Of a stretch of DNA of 64,000 nt, positions 39,494-48,679 are shown piece by piece. This DNA comes from Methanobacteriota archaeon (GTDB lineage Archaea > Thermoplasmatota > E2 > DHVEG-1). The stretch lies in NCBI GenBank assembly GCA_963769885.1, contig CAVYNH010000004.1:140495-204494 (forward strand), written 5' to 3'. Below the pieces are notes generated by a model. The model ran no database searches, was not told where the DNA came from, and saw only the letters and a program-made list of their open reading frames with translations. Made by a program: the position numbers and the translations under genes. Numbering within the stretch: position 1 is the stretch's first letter; each line of letters starts with the position of its first letter.

Positions 39494-39985
39494 ATGAAGA
39501 AATTTATCCTAGGAATCCTCCTAATCTCAACACTGACTATCGCTATGAGCGCCGCCGCCGCCGAAACCAAGATCCCCATCCAAGTCGGACCACTCCACTA
39601 CAGCCCCACCACCCCGGCAGCGAAATCCACCGTCACCTTCTCTGCGAACGTCACCGGAGCCCCCACCCAAGTCAACCTCTGGTACCACGAATGCAAACCC
39701 GGCATGTGCTACAGCGACCAAAACATCACCATGACCAAGAACAACGCCTCCCTCACCCTCTTCGAAGCCATCGTCACCTTCAGCCACGCTGACGCCACCT
39801 TCGTCATCGCCCACGTCCTCATCAGCGATAACGGGAGCTGGTTCGCTGGCGACGACGTCAACATCACCCTCACCCCTCCACAAAACGGAAACAACTCAGG
39901 GAAGAAGAGCCCCGGCTTCGAGGTCGTCCCCGTCATCGCCGCCGTAGCAGTTGCTCTTATCATCCTCCGTAAAAAGCGATCCTAA
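39494..39985 (+). CDS. secreted protein with PGF-CTERM archaeal sorting signal
   Basis: A signal peptide is present. The C-terminus is SPGFEVVPVIAAVAVALIILRKKRS (PGF + TM + basic tail). Confidence 0.5.
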   Translation: MKKFILGILLISTLTIAMSAAAAETKIPIQVGPLHYSPTTPAAKSTVTFSANVTGAPTQVNLWYHECKPGMCYSDQNITMTKNNASLTLFEAIVTFSHADATFVIAHVLISDNGSWFAGDDVNITLTPPQNGNNSGKKSPGFEVVPVIAAVAVALIILRKKRS

Positions 39986-40797
39986 TGAAGATCCAGCCAA
40001 AACGACTAATCTCTGAGTTCAGCCTCCTCATCGCAGCGAACCTCGGCGCCTTCGGCATCAAGACCGGGTTCTGCTATCCTTTTTTTTACTGTCAAGCCTG
40101 CCCGGCCGCCGACGCCGCCTGCCCCCTGCGCGCCCTTGAACAAAGCGTCTTCCGCGGCTCCATCACCTGGAAACTCCTCGTCTACCCCCTCATGATCCTC
40201 GGCGCCGTCGGCATCGCCACAGGGCGCGCCGTCTGCGCCTGGGCCTGCCCAATCGGATTACTCCAACGCGGCACCGGCCACGTCGCCCGAAGGGTAAAAA
40301 AACACCCCATCGCAAAGCGACTCGGCTCCTGGAAATACGAGAAATACCTCCGCTACAACAAATACGCCATGGTCGTCGTCTTCGTCTTCCTCACCTCCCT
40401 ACTCATCGGGTTCATCTTCACCGACATCTGCCCCGTCGGCGTCCTCGTCGGCACCCTCCCCATCCTAGCCCTGAACCCCGGCAAGTTCGTCCCCAACTAC
40501 TTCTTCCCCATCGCCATGATCATCTTCGCCCTTTTCCTCATCCTCATCTTCACCGTCGAACGCGGCTGGTGCCGCTACTTCTGCCCCGTCGGCGCCCTCC
40601 TCGCCCCGATGAATAAGGTCAGCATGCTCCACATGGAGGTCGACACCGCCGGCTGCAAACACTGCAACCTCTGCATCAACATCTGTCCCATGGGCATCGA
40701 CGTTCCCTCCATGCACCGGGACCCCGAATGCATCCTCTGCGGCAAATGCGTCGATGCCTGCCCCCACCACCTCGTCAAGTACAAGGTGAAATCATGA
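39985..40797 (+). CDS. membrane-bound polyferredoxin-like protein (NapH/MauN-type Cys-rich)
   Basis: TM helices carry CAWACPIG, CRYFCPVG, CKHCNLCINICP and CILCGKCVDACP motifs. Confidence 0.5.
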   Translation: MKIQPKRLISEFSLLIAANLGAFGIKTGFCYPFFYCQACPAADAACPLRALEQSVFRGSITWKLLVYPLMILGAVGIATGRAVCAWACPIGLLQRGTGHVARRVKKHPIAKRLGSWKYEKYLRYNKYAMVVVFVFLTSLLIGFIFTDICPVGVLVGTLPILALNPGKFVPNYFFPIAMIIFALFLILIFTVERGWCRYFCPVGALLAPMNKVSMLHMEVDTAGCKHCNLCINICPMGIDVPSMHRDPECILCGKCVDACPHHLVKYKVKS

Positions 40798-41414
40798 AAC
40801 GATTACTCGCCGTCCAAATCGGCATCATCCTCGTCCTCGCCGGAGGCATCCTCTACTCCTCCGGCGTCTACACCGCGGTCCAGGACAACATCGTTGAGGT
40901 TCTCTGCCTCAGCTGCATCAAACTCGAGCCGAAGACCTCCGTAGCCTTCACCTTCCTGACCGCCACCGGCGCCCCACACCCCCTCTTCATCCGCGAGAAC
41001 CTCACGGCCGCCCCCATCATGATTATGTACAGCGAGGACGTCTGCGCCGCCTGCGAAGAGATGTACCCCGTCGTCAAACACATGCTGAACGTCACCTTCG
41101 ACAAAGACGACATGGTCTACACCCACACGACTTTCCAAGGGGAGAATGTCACCTTCTTCTTCATCAACATCGACCACACCACCGCCCAGCTCCGCGACAC
41201 CCGGCCGCTCTACGACAAGGAACACGTCGACGGCCTCCCGATGTTCACCTTCATCACGCTCCGATACGACGAAGGCACCGTCCACCCCTACTACACCAGC
41301 GTCTACGGGACCCTGACTCTTCCGAATTCAGCCGAACGCGAGGCTTTCCTCGCCAACATCCTCACCGACAGCATCCACCTCTACCACGAAAACAGAATCG
41401 GCTACCAGCCATAG
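40794..41414 (+). CDS. membrane-anchored CxxC protein (thiol-disulfide system component?)
   Basis: The ATGA start overlaps the stop of the upstream gene. A TM anchor is followed by CLSC and CAAC motifs. Confidence 0.4.
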   Translation: MKRLLAVQIGIILVLAGGILYSSGVYTAVQDNIVEVLCLSCIKLEPKTSVAFTFLTATGAPHPLFIRENLTAAPIMIMYSEDVCAACEEMYPVVKHMLNVTFDKDDMVYTHTTFQGENVTFFFINIDHTTAQLRDTRPLYDKEHVDGLPMFTFITLRYDEGTVHPYYTSVYGTLTLPNSAEREAFLANILTDSIHLYHENRIGYQP

Positions 41415-41458
41415 AAAAGAGAAAAAGGAAAAAAAGGGGAAAATGAACGCGCTTTCCC

Positions 41459-41623
41459 TTACAACTCGCCGCTTCTGATTTTTTGTCTTAGGATGTCAAA
41501 CTGAGCGCGGGTCAGGGTGCAGATGTTGTTCTTTTCACCGATTATCACGCGGTCTTCGCGCACGTCGACAACCGGGCATTTTGGAGGCGTACATACGCCA
41601 TCGTGGCAGAGAACGACTTTCAT
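41459..41623 (-). CDS. small Cys-rich protein (54 aa), not in ORF track
   Basis: The ORF reads MKVVLCHDGVCTPPKCPVV...RSGEL, and the C-x4-C-x4-C pattern suggests metal binding. Confidence 0.25.
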   Translation of the reverse strand: MKVVLCHDGVCTPPKCPVVDVREDRVIIGEKNNICTLTRAQFDILRQKIRSGEL

Positions 41624-41899
41624 AGTTATCCCCTTACTTATTGGTGTTTATTAAAGCTCTTGAACTTTATAAAGATTATGGTTGTCTCTATCCTAAAACG
41701 CATTATGTTTAATTAAAATCGGGCTTGTTATTGGGTCTTTTCGTTAAACAGACTTAATCTTTTCTTTGCACAGGAATATATGTAAAACGAACATTACGGG
41801 TAAAACGGTGAAAAAAATCCAACACATAAGAACATTATTTCAATCATATACTTTTTAAACAGATTCATCATATGAGATTTTATTGATGAGGGTATTATT

Positions 41900-42505
41900 A
41901 TGAGTGAATATCCATATTGTCAGGCAAGAAACAAAATTAAGCCATTTTTTGAGAAAATACAAAGTATAGGAAAGCCAGATAAAGTAACTGTAAAATGGTT
42001 AACTAGCATTGGTTATAAATCATCCAATGACCGCACGATATTATCAGTTTTAAAATTTATCAATTTTACTGATGAAGCAGGAGTTCCCACCAATAAATGG
42101 CAACAATATAAGAATAAGTCAAAATCAAAAATAGTAATGGCTCAAGGAATTCAAATGGGTTATTCTGAACTATTTAAAATATATCCAGATGCTAATAGCC
42201 AAGGAAGAGTAGAATTAACTAATTTCTTCTCAGAAAAAACAGAAGGCGGAAGTGCGGTAGTAGAAAAAATGGTTAGTACATTTACGGAATTATGCTCCTT
42301 GGCCGATTTCGGTTCGGTTGGAGAAGTATCAACAGAAGACGAAAAGACTACCGATACTGAACAAAAAACAAAAAAGGGAGATACCAGCTATAGTGGAAAA
42401 GGATACATCATCAATATCAATATTCAATTAACTGTGCCGGAGACTACTGATGGTGATGTATACGAAAAATTTTTTGCAGCAATGAAAAAGCATCTTTTCT
42501 CTTGA
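41900..42505 (+). CDS. hypothetical protein in AT-rich island (partner of HEPN gene)
   Basis: A 201 aa ORF at about 33% GC, 6 nt upstream of the next ORF. Confidence 0.4.
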   Translation: MSEYPYCQARNKIKPFFEKIQSIGKPDKVTVKWLTSIGYKSSNDRTILSVLKFINFTDEAGVPTNKWQQYKNKSKSKIVMAQGIQMGYSELFKIYPDANSQGRVELTNFFSEKTEGGSAVVEKMVSTFTELCSLADFGSVGEVSTEDEKTTDTEQKTKKGDTSYSGKGYIININIQLTVPETTDGDVYEKFFAAMKKHLFS

Positions 42506-42511
42506 GCAAAT

Positions 42512-43045
42512 ATGAAATCTTTACAAGAAATTCTCGATAAAACAAACAAGTTTGAAGAAGAAGCACATAGAATTTTTTCTAAACATGAAGGAACAAAATC
42601 AGGAACAGTCACACTTACCCAAACTCAAAAAAGACTAACTTGTTTATCTCTTAAACAAAATGAATTATTACAAGAAGCTATAAAAAGTATAAAAAATGAA
42701 TTATATCGAGGAGCCTATGTTCTTGCCTGGGCAGCGTTTATAGATTTTTTAGAAGAAAAACTTGCATCAGATGGATTGGTCAAAGTCAAACAACATAGAC
42801 CTAATTGGAGTAAGTTTAAAACAATCGAAGAGTTAAGAGAAAACGTTCCCGAATTTCAATTAATTGATGTGGCACACGATGTTAATCTCTTGACAAAAGC
42901 TGAGACTAAAACTATACAGGGTTTACTATCAAAAAGAAATGAATGTGCTCATCCAAGTTCTTATACTCCTCGTTTTGCTGAGAGTCTTGGATACCTTGAC
43001 GAAATATTCAATCGCATTGAACAGATACAAAAAAGAAATATGTGA
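42512..43045 (+). CDS. HEPN-domain protein (Rx4-6H motif RNECAH)
   Basis: The C-terminal LSKRNECAHPSSY matches the HEPN R-x4-H signature in an alpha-helical 177 aa protein. Confidence 0.4.
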   Translation: MKSLQEILDKTNKFEEEAHRIFSKHEGTKSGTVTLTQTQKRLTCLSLKQNELLQEAIKSIKNELYRGAYVLAWAAFIDFLEEKLASDGLVKVKQHRPNWSKFKTIEELRENVPEFQLIDVAHDVNLLTKAETKTIQGLLSKRNECAHPSSYTPRFAESLGYLDEIFNRIEQIQKRNM

Positions 43046-43144
43046 AACTATACAAACAAAAAAAGAATCTCTCTTCTGAGAAGTTTTCTAATTTCTCTAG
43101 AAGATTTAGTAATTCGTCCGTTTATCCATTAATCAAAAAATGTT

Positions 43145-43651
43145 CTATCGTCTAGACCTTCTTGCCCTCCTTGGTCTCCTTTCTGTAACACAACTGCATT
43201 TGGTATATCCTTCTTTCTCTAACAGTTCAATAGCATGAGAGTCTTTAATCCCCACTAATTTCGTCTTTTCGCCTTGATAGTGGCTGCATTTGGATATGTG
43301 AATAATTCTTTTCCCTTCATCAACAAGATATGTTGAAAGTCTTGAGTTTCTTTCTGCTCGAAGAAAAACTGTTGCTGCTAATACAACGAAAAAAAACATT
43401 GCTACAAGCAGGATAGCTGTCTCCGCAATTTTTGTTTCGAGCGGGGTTTGCTCATTTAGAATAGTATTTAATTGACCTCCGATCCAAACTACCATACCAC
43501 CAGCAATACCAGCAATAAATCTCTTTGCAAAATCATGATAGACCTTACGTTCCTGTTCAGCAAATTTACGCAAAGTCAATATGTAGTAAGCAGAAATTGC
43601 TGAAGTAGTTATTAGAAGTATAGCTAACGAGGCTAGCGTTATAATTTCCAT
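43145..43651 (-). CDS. membrane protein with C-terminal Cys/His-containing domain
   Basis: Three TM helices are followed by ISKCSHYQG...KCSCV. Confidence 0.35.
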   Translation of the reverse strand: MEIITLASLAILLITTSAISAYYILTLRKFAEQERKVYHDFAKRFIAGIAGGMVVWIGGQLNTILNEQTPLETKIAETAILLVAMFFFVVLAATVFLRAERNSRLSTYLVDEGKRIIHISKCSHYQGEKTKLVGIKDSHAIELLEKEGYTKCSCVTERRPRRARRSRR

Positions 43652-43926
43652 GCTTCAGGTATTCTATTGAGCTGTAAAATATCTTTCCTTAATTCACAGT
43701 CATACCCAGGCGGAGAGTTGGGTGGCGTGATGGGGTCTAACTTCCCTGCAAGTTGTTCCAACGCCTCAGTCTGAGTCAAAGATATAGAAGGAAGTCATGT
43801 GTAGAAAATTATACCTGGATGGAGATATGGAAATATAGATTATGCTGTTTCTATACAAAATTTTATTATGTTGAATCAAAAACCGACCCTCTTGTAAAGC
43901 AGTTTGGAAGTGGTTTTTCGTCTTTG

Positions 43927-45807
43927 TTACCGTCGGGTCTGCATGATCCATTGCAGAATGTTTTGGAACGGATGCAGGGACAGTGCTTTCTGCAAGAGTA
44001 GATAATGGAATGTAGGCTCTAGCACCGGCGTCGCAAGACTGACCGGGATGATCTCGTAGTCCGAGACATTATCGATATTGATAATCTTTATCTGACCTGA
44101 AAACTGGGACTTAGGTTCATCGGGAGCAACCATGGAAACATGAACCGTCAGAGCACCGGCATCCGGTGTAAGATTAGTACCCGATGAGGGAGTAAACGTC
44201 CATGTCCCCCACGTCGGGTAGGAGTCAACCTTCCAATTGAGGAAGGAAAGCTCGTCGCCGATGTTCGCAACGGTGAAACTCCCCTCAACCGTCGCCCCCG
44301 GCTTGATGTTCGACCAGGACAGCGATCCAGTGCACTTTAAATCAGGAATATACTCGACGTGGATTTGATTGTAGTAGAGATAATTGCCAATGGTCAGGTC
44401 CCAATTGGAAACCCCCATGTCAAGCGATTTTGAAAACGTGTACTTTATCTGCACAGAGCTCGCCGGGACAACGCCGACGGTCACAAAGCCCTGGTCCCGG
44501 CTGTACATATACTGCGAAAAATCCAACGTAACTCCATCGACCTTCACGCTATCAATCCGTTGAATATTCCTATTTTTAAGATAAAACAGTCGGCTGCCAG
44601 CGTCGAACGTTTCGGTCACGGTATAGTCGTCTCGGGTTGGGCCAACGTTGCCGAACACGATCTTTTCGACGACGCTGGTACCGCCAGAGGTCCATGATGA
44701 GCTCGTCGGAAGTCCGGTTCCATTATTGAGAAAGATCCAGGTGTTCGTCCACCAGCCTCCAGTTGCAAGGTCAAGCTTGTTATCCCAGTTGACATCTGCC
44801 AACTCGACCGCCGATCCGTACCCCACATAATGGCTCCAGGAATGGGTCGTGGCGAAAAACCCGCTAGGAAGTCCGCTGTACTGCTTAATTAGACCGCTGC
44901 CTCCCTGCTGCGTGTTGTCTGCCGTGAAGAGGTCGCGAAGGCCATCGGCATTGACATCGCCGGAGGTCATCAAATTCCCAAACTGGTTTGCGCTATCGCT
45001 TGTGAACCAGCTTGCCGTCGTCTCAAGGACTCCCCCCAAGTTCCTATAGACCCGAGTTTGGGCGTACGAGGCGACTCCTGCGAGATCGAGCCATCCATCA
45101 GTGTCAGCATCAACCCAATGGACAGACTCCATGATATCTTGGTCGCTGGATTGCCAGCTCGGAGTTGACTCAAGAGTACCACCGATATTACGATACACCA
45201 GGGTGTGGTAGTGGACCCCTGAATAGGAGTCTCCTGTTGCCACTGCCAGGTCGGGGCGTCCGTCGTTGTTCATGTCGCCGAAGTCCACGACAAAGGCATG
45301 ACCGATCAAGGTCGCACTCCAATTTGCCTGAGAGGACAAGGTGCCATGGTTGTTCAGGTAGACGCGAGCAACGTGGCCTGTCGAGCTTCCGGATCCCAGG
45401 TATGCGACAGCGACGTCGAGCCACCCATCGCCGTTCACATCAGCCACATCCAAATGCCCGTTGTATCCGACATCAGCTGATTGCCAGTTCGCCGTTGATG
45501 AAAGCGCTCCGTCCCCGTTATTCAAGTACACATTGACGTGGCCCATTGCCATGTCGTTCCCATCTGAGATGACGAGGTCGAGCCAGCCGTCGTTGTTGAT
45601 GTCAGCAAACTCCGCTCCCGTGGAATAACTTGGGTTACTCGAGATCCAGTCTGGCGTCGTATGATACGGACCATCCACTGGCGATGATCTTTGTGAGGGA
45701 GTACCCTGCGATGGTTGTCCCATGACGAATAGTGGTAAGAAACCGACGATGGATACGGCAATGAATGCGCTGAGAATCTTTCTGTTTTTCATATTGTTCC
45801 CCCACAA
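43927..45807 (-). CDS. secreted FG-GAP/VCBS repeat (integrin-alpha-like) protein
   Basis: A signal peptide precedes repeated DxNxDGxxD motifs (DINNDGWLDLVISDGN, ADVNGDGWLDVAVAY, GDMNNDGRPDLAVATG, etc.). Confidence 0.6.
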   Translation of the reverse strand: MWGNNMKNRKILSAFIAVSIVGFLPLFVMGQPSQGTPSQRSSPVDGPYHTTPDWISSNPSYSTGAEFADINNDGWLDLVISDGNDMAMGHVNVYLNNGDGALSSTANWQSADVGYNGHLDVADVNGDGWLDVAVAYLGSGSSTGHVARVYLNNHGTLSSQANWSATLIGHAFVVDFGDMNNDGRPDLAVATGDSYSGVHYHTLVYRNIGGTLESTPSWQSSDQDIMESVHWVDADTDGWLDLAGVASYAQTRVYRNLGGVLETTASWFTSDSANQFGNLMTSGDVNADGLRDLFTADNTQQGGSGLIKQYSGLPSGFFATTHSWSHYVGYGSAVELADVNWDNKLDLATGGWWTNTWIFLNNGTGLPTSSSWTSGGTSVVEKIVFGNVGPTRDDYTVTETFDAGSRLFYLKNRNIQRIDSVKVDGVTLDFSQYMYSRDQGFVTVGVVPASSVQIKYTFSKSLDMGVSNWDLTIGNYLYYNQIHVEYIPDLKCTGSLSWSNIKPGATVEGSFTVANIGDELSFLNWKVDSYPTWGTWTFTPSSGTNLTPDAGALTVHVSMVAPDEPKSQFSGQIKIINIDNVSDYEIIPVSLATPVLEPTFHYLLLQKALSLHPFQNILQWIMQTRR

Positions 45808-45896
45808 ACTACACGTTTGAAATGACTGAACCTATTAATAAGACCTCAGATACCAGGAAATCCCCCTAACAGAATAATATAGATTATGACTCCTGC

Positions 45897-47267
45897 TTAA
45901 ATATAATCAGCAACGATAATCGACCCTCGATCCACGTTTGAGATAATTCTCAGGCGTCCCTTCTCGATCTGCGCCACCGGCCGCACCGAGACCGTGACTT
46001 CTGGCCCGACCTTCTGTAAGAACTGCGCCTGCAGGAATCGACAGACCTCCTCATCCGACGGCATGGTAATCGTCGGGTCCAACTCCACGAGAATCTCAAT
46101 GGACCGGAGATCGTGCTGGACAATCTTCGTGTTTTTCACCTTTCGCGTCCGCATCTCATAGAGCAGCTTGCTGAAGATCTCCGCAAAAGAAGCCGGCAAC
46201 AGCATCCGGCCGCCGGGCAGAATCAACGACAGGTCGTCCCGACCATAAATCCGGTTAATCAACTGCCCTGACTGCCCGCAGGGACAGGAAGCCTCCTTAA
46301 GGCTGACGATGTCGTTGACTGCATTGTACCGAATTATCGGTGTCCCTGCACCATAGAGTTTGGTAACCACTAAGTTCCCAGCTGTGCCAACGGGAACCGA
46401 CTGCCCTTGACGGACAACCTCGAGGAAGAGGAGATCGGAGAGCACATGATAGCCGCCATGCGTGCATTGGAACGCGATCGGCCCGGTTTCTGTCGCCCCG
46501 TACACTTCGTACACCTGTGCGTTAAAAGCCTGCTGGAGGATCTTCTTCAATGAAGGGTCGAGGATGGAGCCAGTCGCCGTGATGATACGTGGAACCACCT
46601 GGGCGCCTTGCCCCTGCTCCTTGAGTAAGGCGAGATGCCCCAACATGCCGACGTAGCCCCAGATGCAGTCCGGCTGGAACCGTTCGAGTGCATTCATGAC
46701 TTCATCGGGTGGTGAGTTGGTGTCCAGCCATTGGACGTTTTTGAACAACAATGCGTTCGTGCGACCGACGCCGCGGTTCACATACCCGCTCTCCGCGGTA
46801 TGGGGCGCGAAGTCTCCGATGATGCTGATGCGGTCGCGGCGCCAGCGAATGCCATAATGCTGCAGCATCCGCAGGTACCCTAAAAGTCCGATGACGACTT
46901 CGGAGAGGTCCACGTACACGGTGAGGGATTTCCCGGTCGTCCCGGAGGTTGCGACCTGGATCAGCCGGTCTCGATGGGTCTTTGTGGAGACGATACCGTC
47001 AGGGGAGTAATCCGTGATATCGGTCTTGGAGATCATGGGCAGTCTGGTGATGTCAGAGATTCCATTAATGGAAGGGGGATCAATGCCAGCCTTGGTGTAG
47101 ATCGACTGGTACATGGGTACGGTTTGGGCGAAGGCGAGGAGGCGGCGGAGCTGCCGGTCTTGGTAGCGGTGGAGTCGGTCCTCGTCCCAGCGGGAGAGCC
47201 GTCCCATGTCCATCGCGTAGCTTTTCAGCATCCGTGACAGGAAGATAGGATTGCGGAAGGGATCCAT
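45897..47267 (-). CDS. adenylate-forming enzyme, phenylacetate-CoA ligase (PaaK)/F390-synthetase family
   Basis: The TSGTTGK P-loop is present. Length is about 456 aa. Confidence 0.55.
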   Translation of the reverse strand: MDPFRNPIFLSRMLKSYAMDMGRLSRWDEDRLHRYQDRQLRRLLAFAQTVPMYQSIYTKAGIDPPSINGISDITRLPMISKTDITDYSPDGIVSTKTHRDRLIQVATSGTTGKSLTVYVDLSEVVIGLLGYLRMLQHYGIRWRRDRISIIGDFAPHTAESGYVNRGVGRTNALLFKNVQWLDTNSPPDEVMNALERFQPDCIWGYVGMLGHLALLKEQGQGAQVVPRIITATGSILDPSLKKILQQAFNAQVYEVYGATETGPIAFQCTHGGYHVLSDLLFLEVVRQGQSVPVGTAGNLVVTKLYGAGTPIIRYNAVNDIVSLKEASCPCGQSGQLINRIYGRDDLSLILPGGRMLLPASFAEIFSKLLYEMRTRKVKNTKIVQHDLRSIEILVELDPTITMPSDEEVCRFLQAQFLQKVGPEVTVSVRPVAQIEKGRLRIISNVDRGSIIVADYI

Positions 47268-47335
47268 GGGATAGGTAGGGATTGAACCGATTACTTAAAT
47301 AGCTGTCCCTTATTAGACCGGCGTGTAGGCTGCCA

Positions 47336-48679
47336 ATGAATATCCTGATCGTCGAGACGGTGTGGATGGGACGCGAGCGCTACGGGGTATTCGATACGGC
47401 GTTGTTGACCGCGTTTTCGATTCTGCCCACGCTGCAGGCGCGGCAGTTGGCGGCGATTACGCCCAAGCAGCATGCGGTTACGCTCATCAACGAACGATAC
47501 CAGCAGATTGACTTTGATTGCGGGTATGATGTGGTGTTGATAAATTTCACGACACCCACGGCTCCCCGGGCGTATGCGATTGCGGATGCGTTCCGATCGC
47601 GGCATGTCCCGGTAGTGCTCAGCGGGATCCATGCCTCGGCGGTCCCGCAGGAGGCCAAGGAGCATGCGGACGCGGTGCTGCTCGGACGCGGGGAGCCGGC
47701 CTGGCCTGGGGTGCTTGAGGATCTCAAGAAGAGGTCATTGAAACCGTTCTATCCGCCGGTCCCGTATCCTGCGGAGGGGTCGCTGCCGGATTCGAAGGTA
47801 GAGCTACCTGGGTTCGTGGTGATGGGCGCGGTGGAGGCGTCCCGGGGATGTCCGTATCGGTGTGAGTTCTGCCCGGAGTCGCATCTCTCAGCGGATCAAC
47901 CGTTCGTTCAGCGGCCGGCGGAGGAGGTCGTGGAGGAGGTCCGTCGGCTTCCGCAGCGGATCGTCATGTTCTATGATGGAACGTTGACGGCGGATCCGGG
48001 GTATGCGAAGGCGTTGTTTTTCAAATTAAGGGGCGTGGGGAAGCGGTTTTTTGTGAATGGGAACGTGGATGTGTTGGCGCGTGACCCTGAGCTGGTACGG
48101 TTGTCTCGGGAGGCAGGGTGTCTGGGCTGGTTCATCGGGTTTGAGTCGGTGTGTGAGGCGTCGTTGGCGTCGTATCGGAAACGGACGAATCGGCTCGCGG
48201 AGTATCGTGCGGCGGTCGAGTCAATCCATCGGTATGGGATGGTAGTGTTCGGGAGTTTCATGTTTGGGGCGGATGCGGAGTCCACCTCGGTTTTCGAGGA
48301 GACGCGGCGGGTGATCGAGGAGCTGGGTCTGGATGTGGTCGATTTTTGCGTGTTGACGCCGCTGCCGGGGACGCCGTTGTTTACGCGGTTGGAGAAGGAA
48401 GGGCGGATTCTGACCCGGGATTGGTCTCGGTATACGTTGAACCAGGTCGTGTTTGTACCGAAGCAGATGACGGCTGAACAGTTGCTTCGGGGGACGCAGG
48501 GGTTGTTCGCCTGGTTCTATAGTCCGAAGAACACGGTACGGCGGTTGGCGCGGAGCCTGCGGCTGGGGCTGTTGCCGTTTTGGGTGGTCGCGGGGCGTAA
48601 TCTTGTGGCGACCATGGGGGCGCGACGGCTGCTACAAAAAGATGCGGTTTTAGAGGCCGAGGACGCGGAGCGTCAGTGA
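47336..48679 (+). CDS. B12-binding-domain radical SAM protein
   Basis: An N-terminal B12-binding-like Rossmann domain precedes CPYRCEFC (CxxxCxxC). Confidence 0.6.
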   Translation: MNILIVETVWMGRERYGVFDTALLTAFSILPTLQARQLAAITPKQHAVTLINERYQQIDFDCGYDVVLINFTTPTAPRAYAIADAFRSRHVPVVLSGIHASAVPQEAKEHADAVLLGRGEPAWPGVLEDLKKRSLKPFYPPVPYPAEGSLPDSKVELPGFVVMGAVEASRGCPYRCEFCPESHLSADQPFVQRPAEEVVEEVRRLPQRIVMFYDGTLTADPGYAKALFFKLRGVGKRFFVNGNVDVLARDPELVRLSREAGCLGWFIGFESVCEASLASYRKRTNRLAEYRAAVESIHRYGMVVFGSFMFGADAESTSVFEETRRVIEELGLDVVDFCVLTPLPGTPLFTRLEKEGRILTRDWSRYTLNQVVFVPKQMTAEQLLRGTQGLFAWFYSPKNTVRRLARSLRLGLLPFWVVAGRNLVATMGARRLLQKDAVLEAEDAERQ

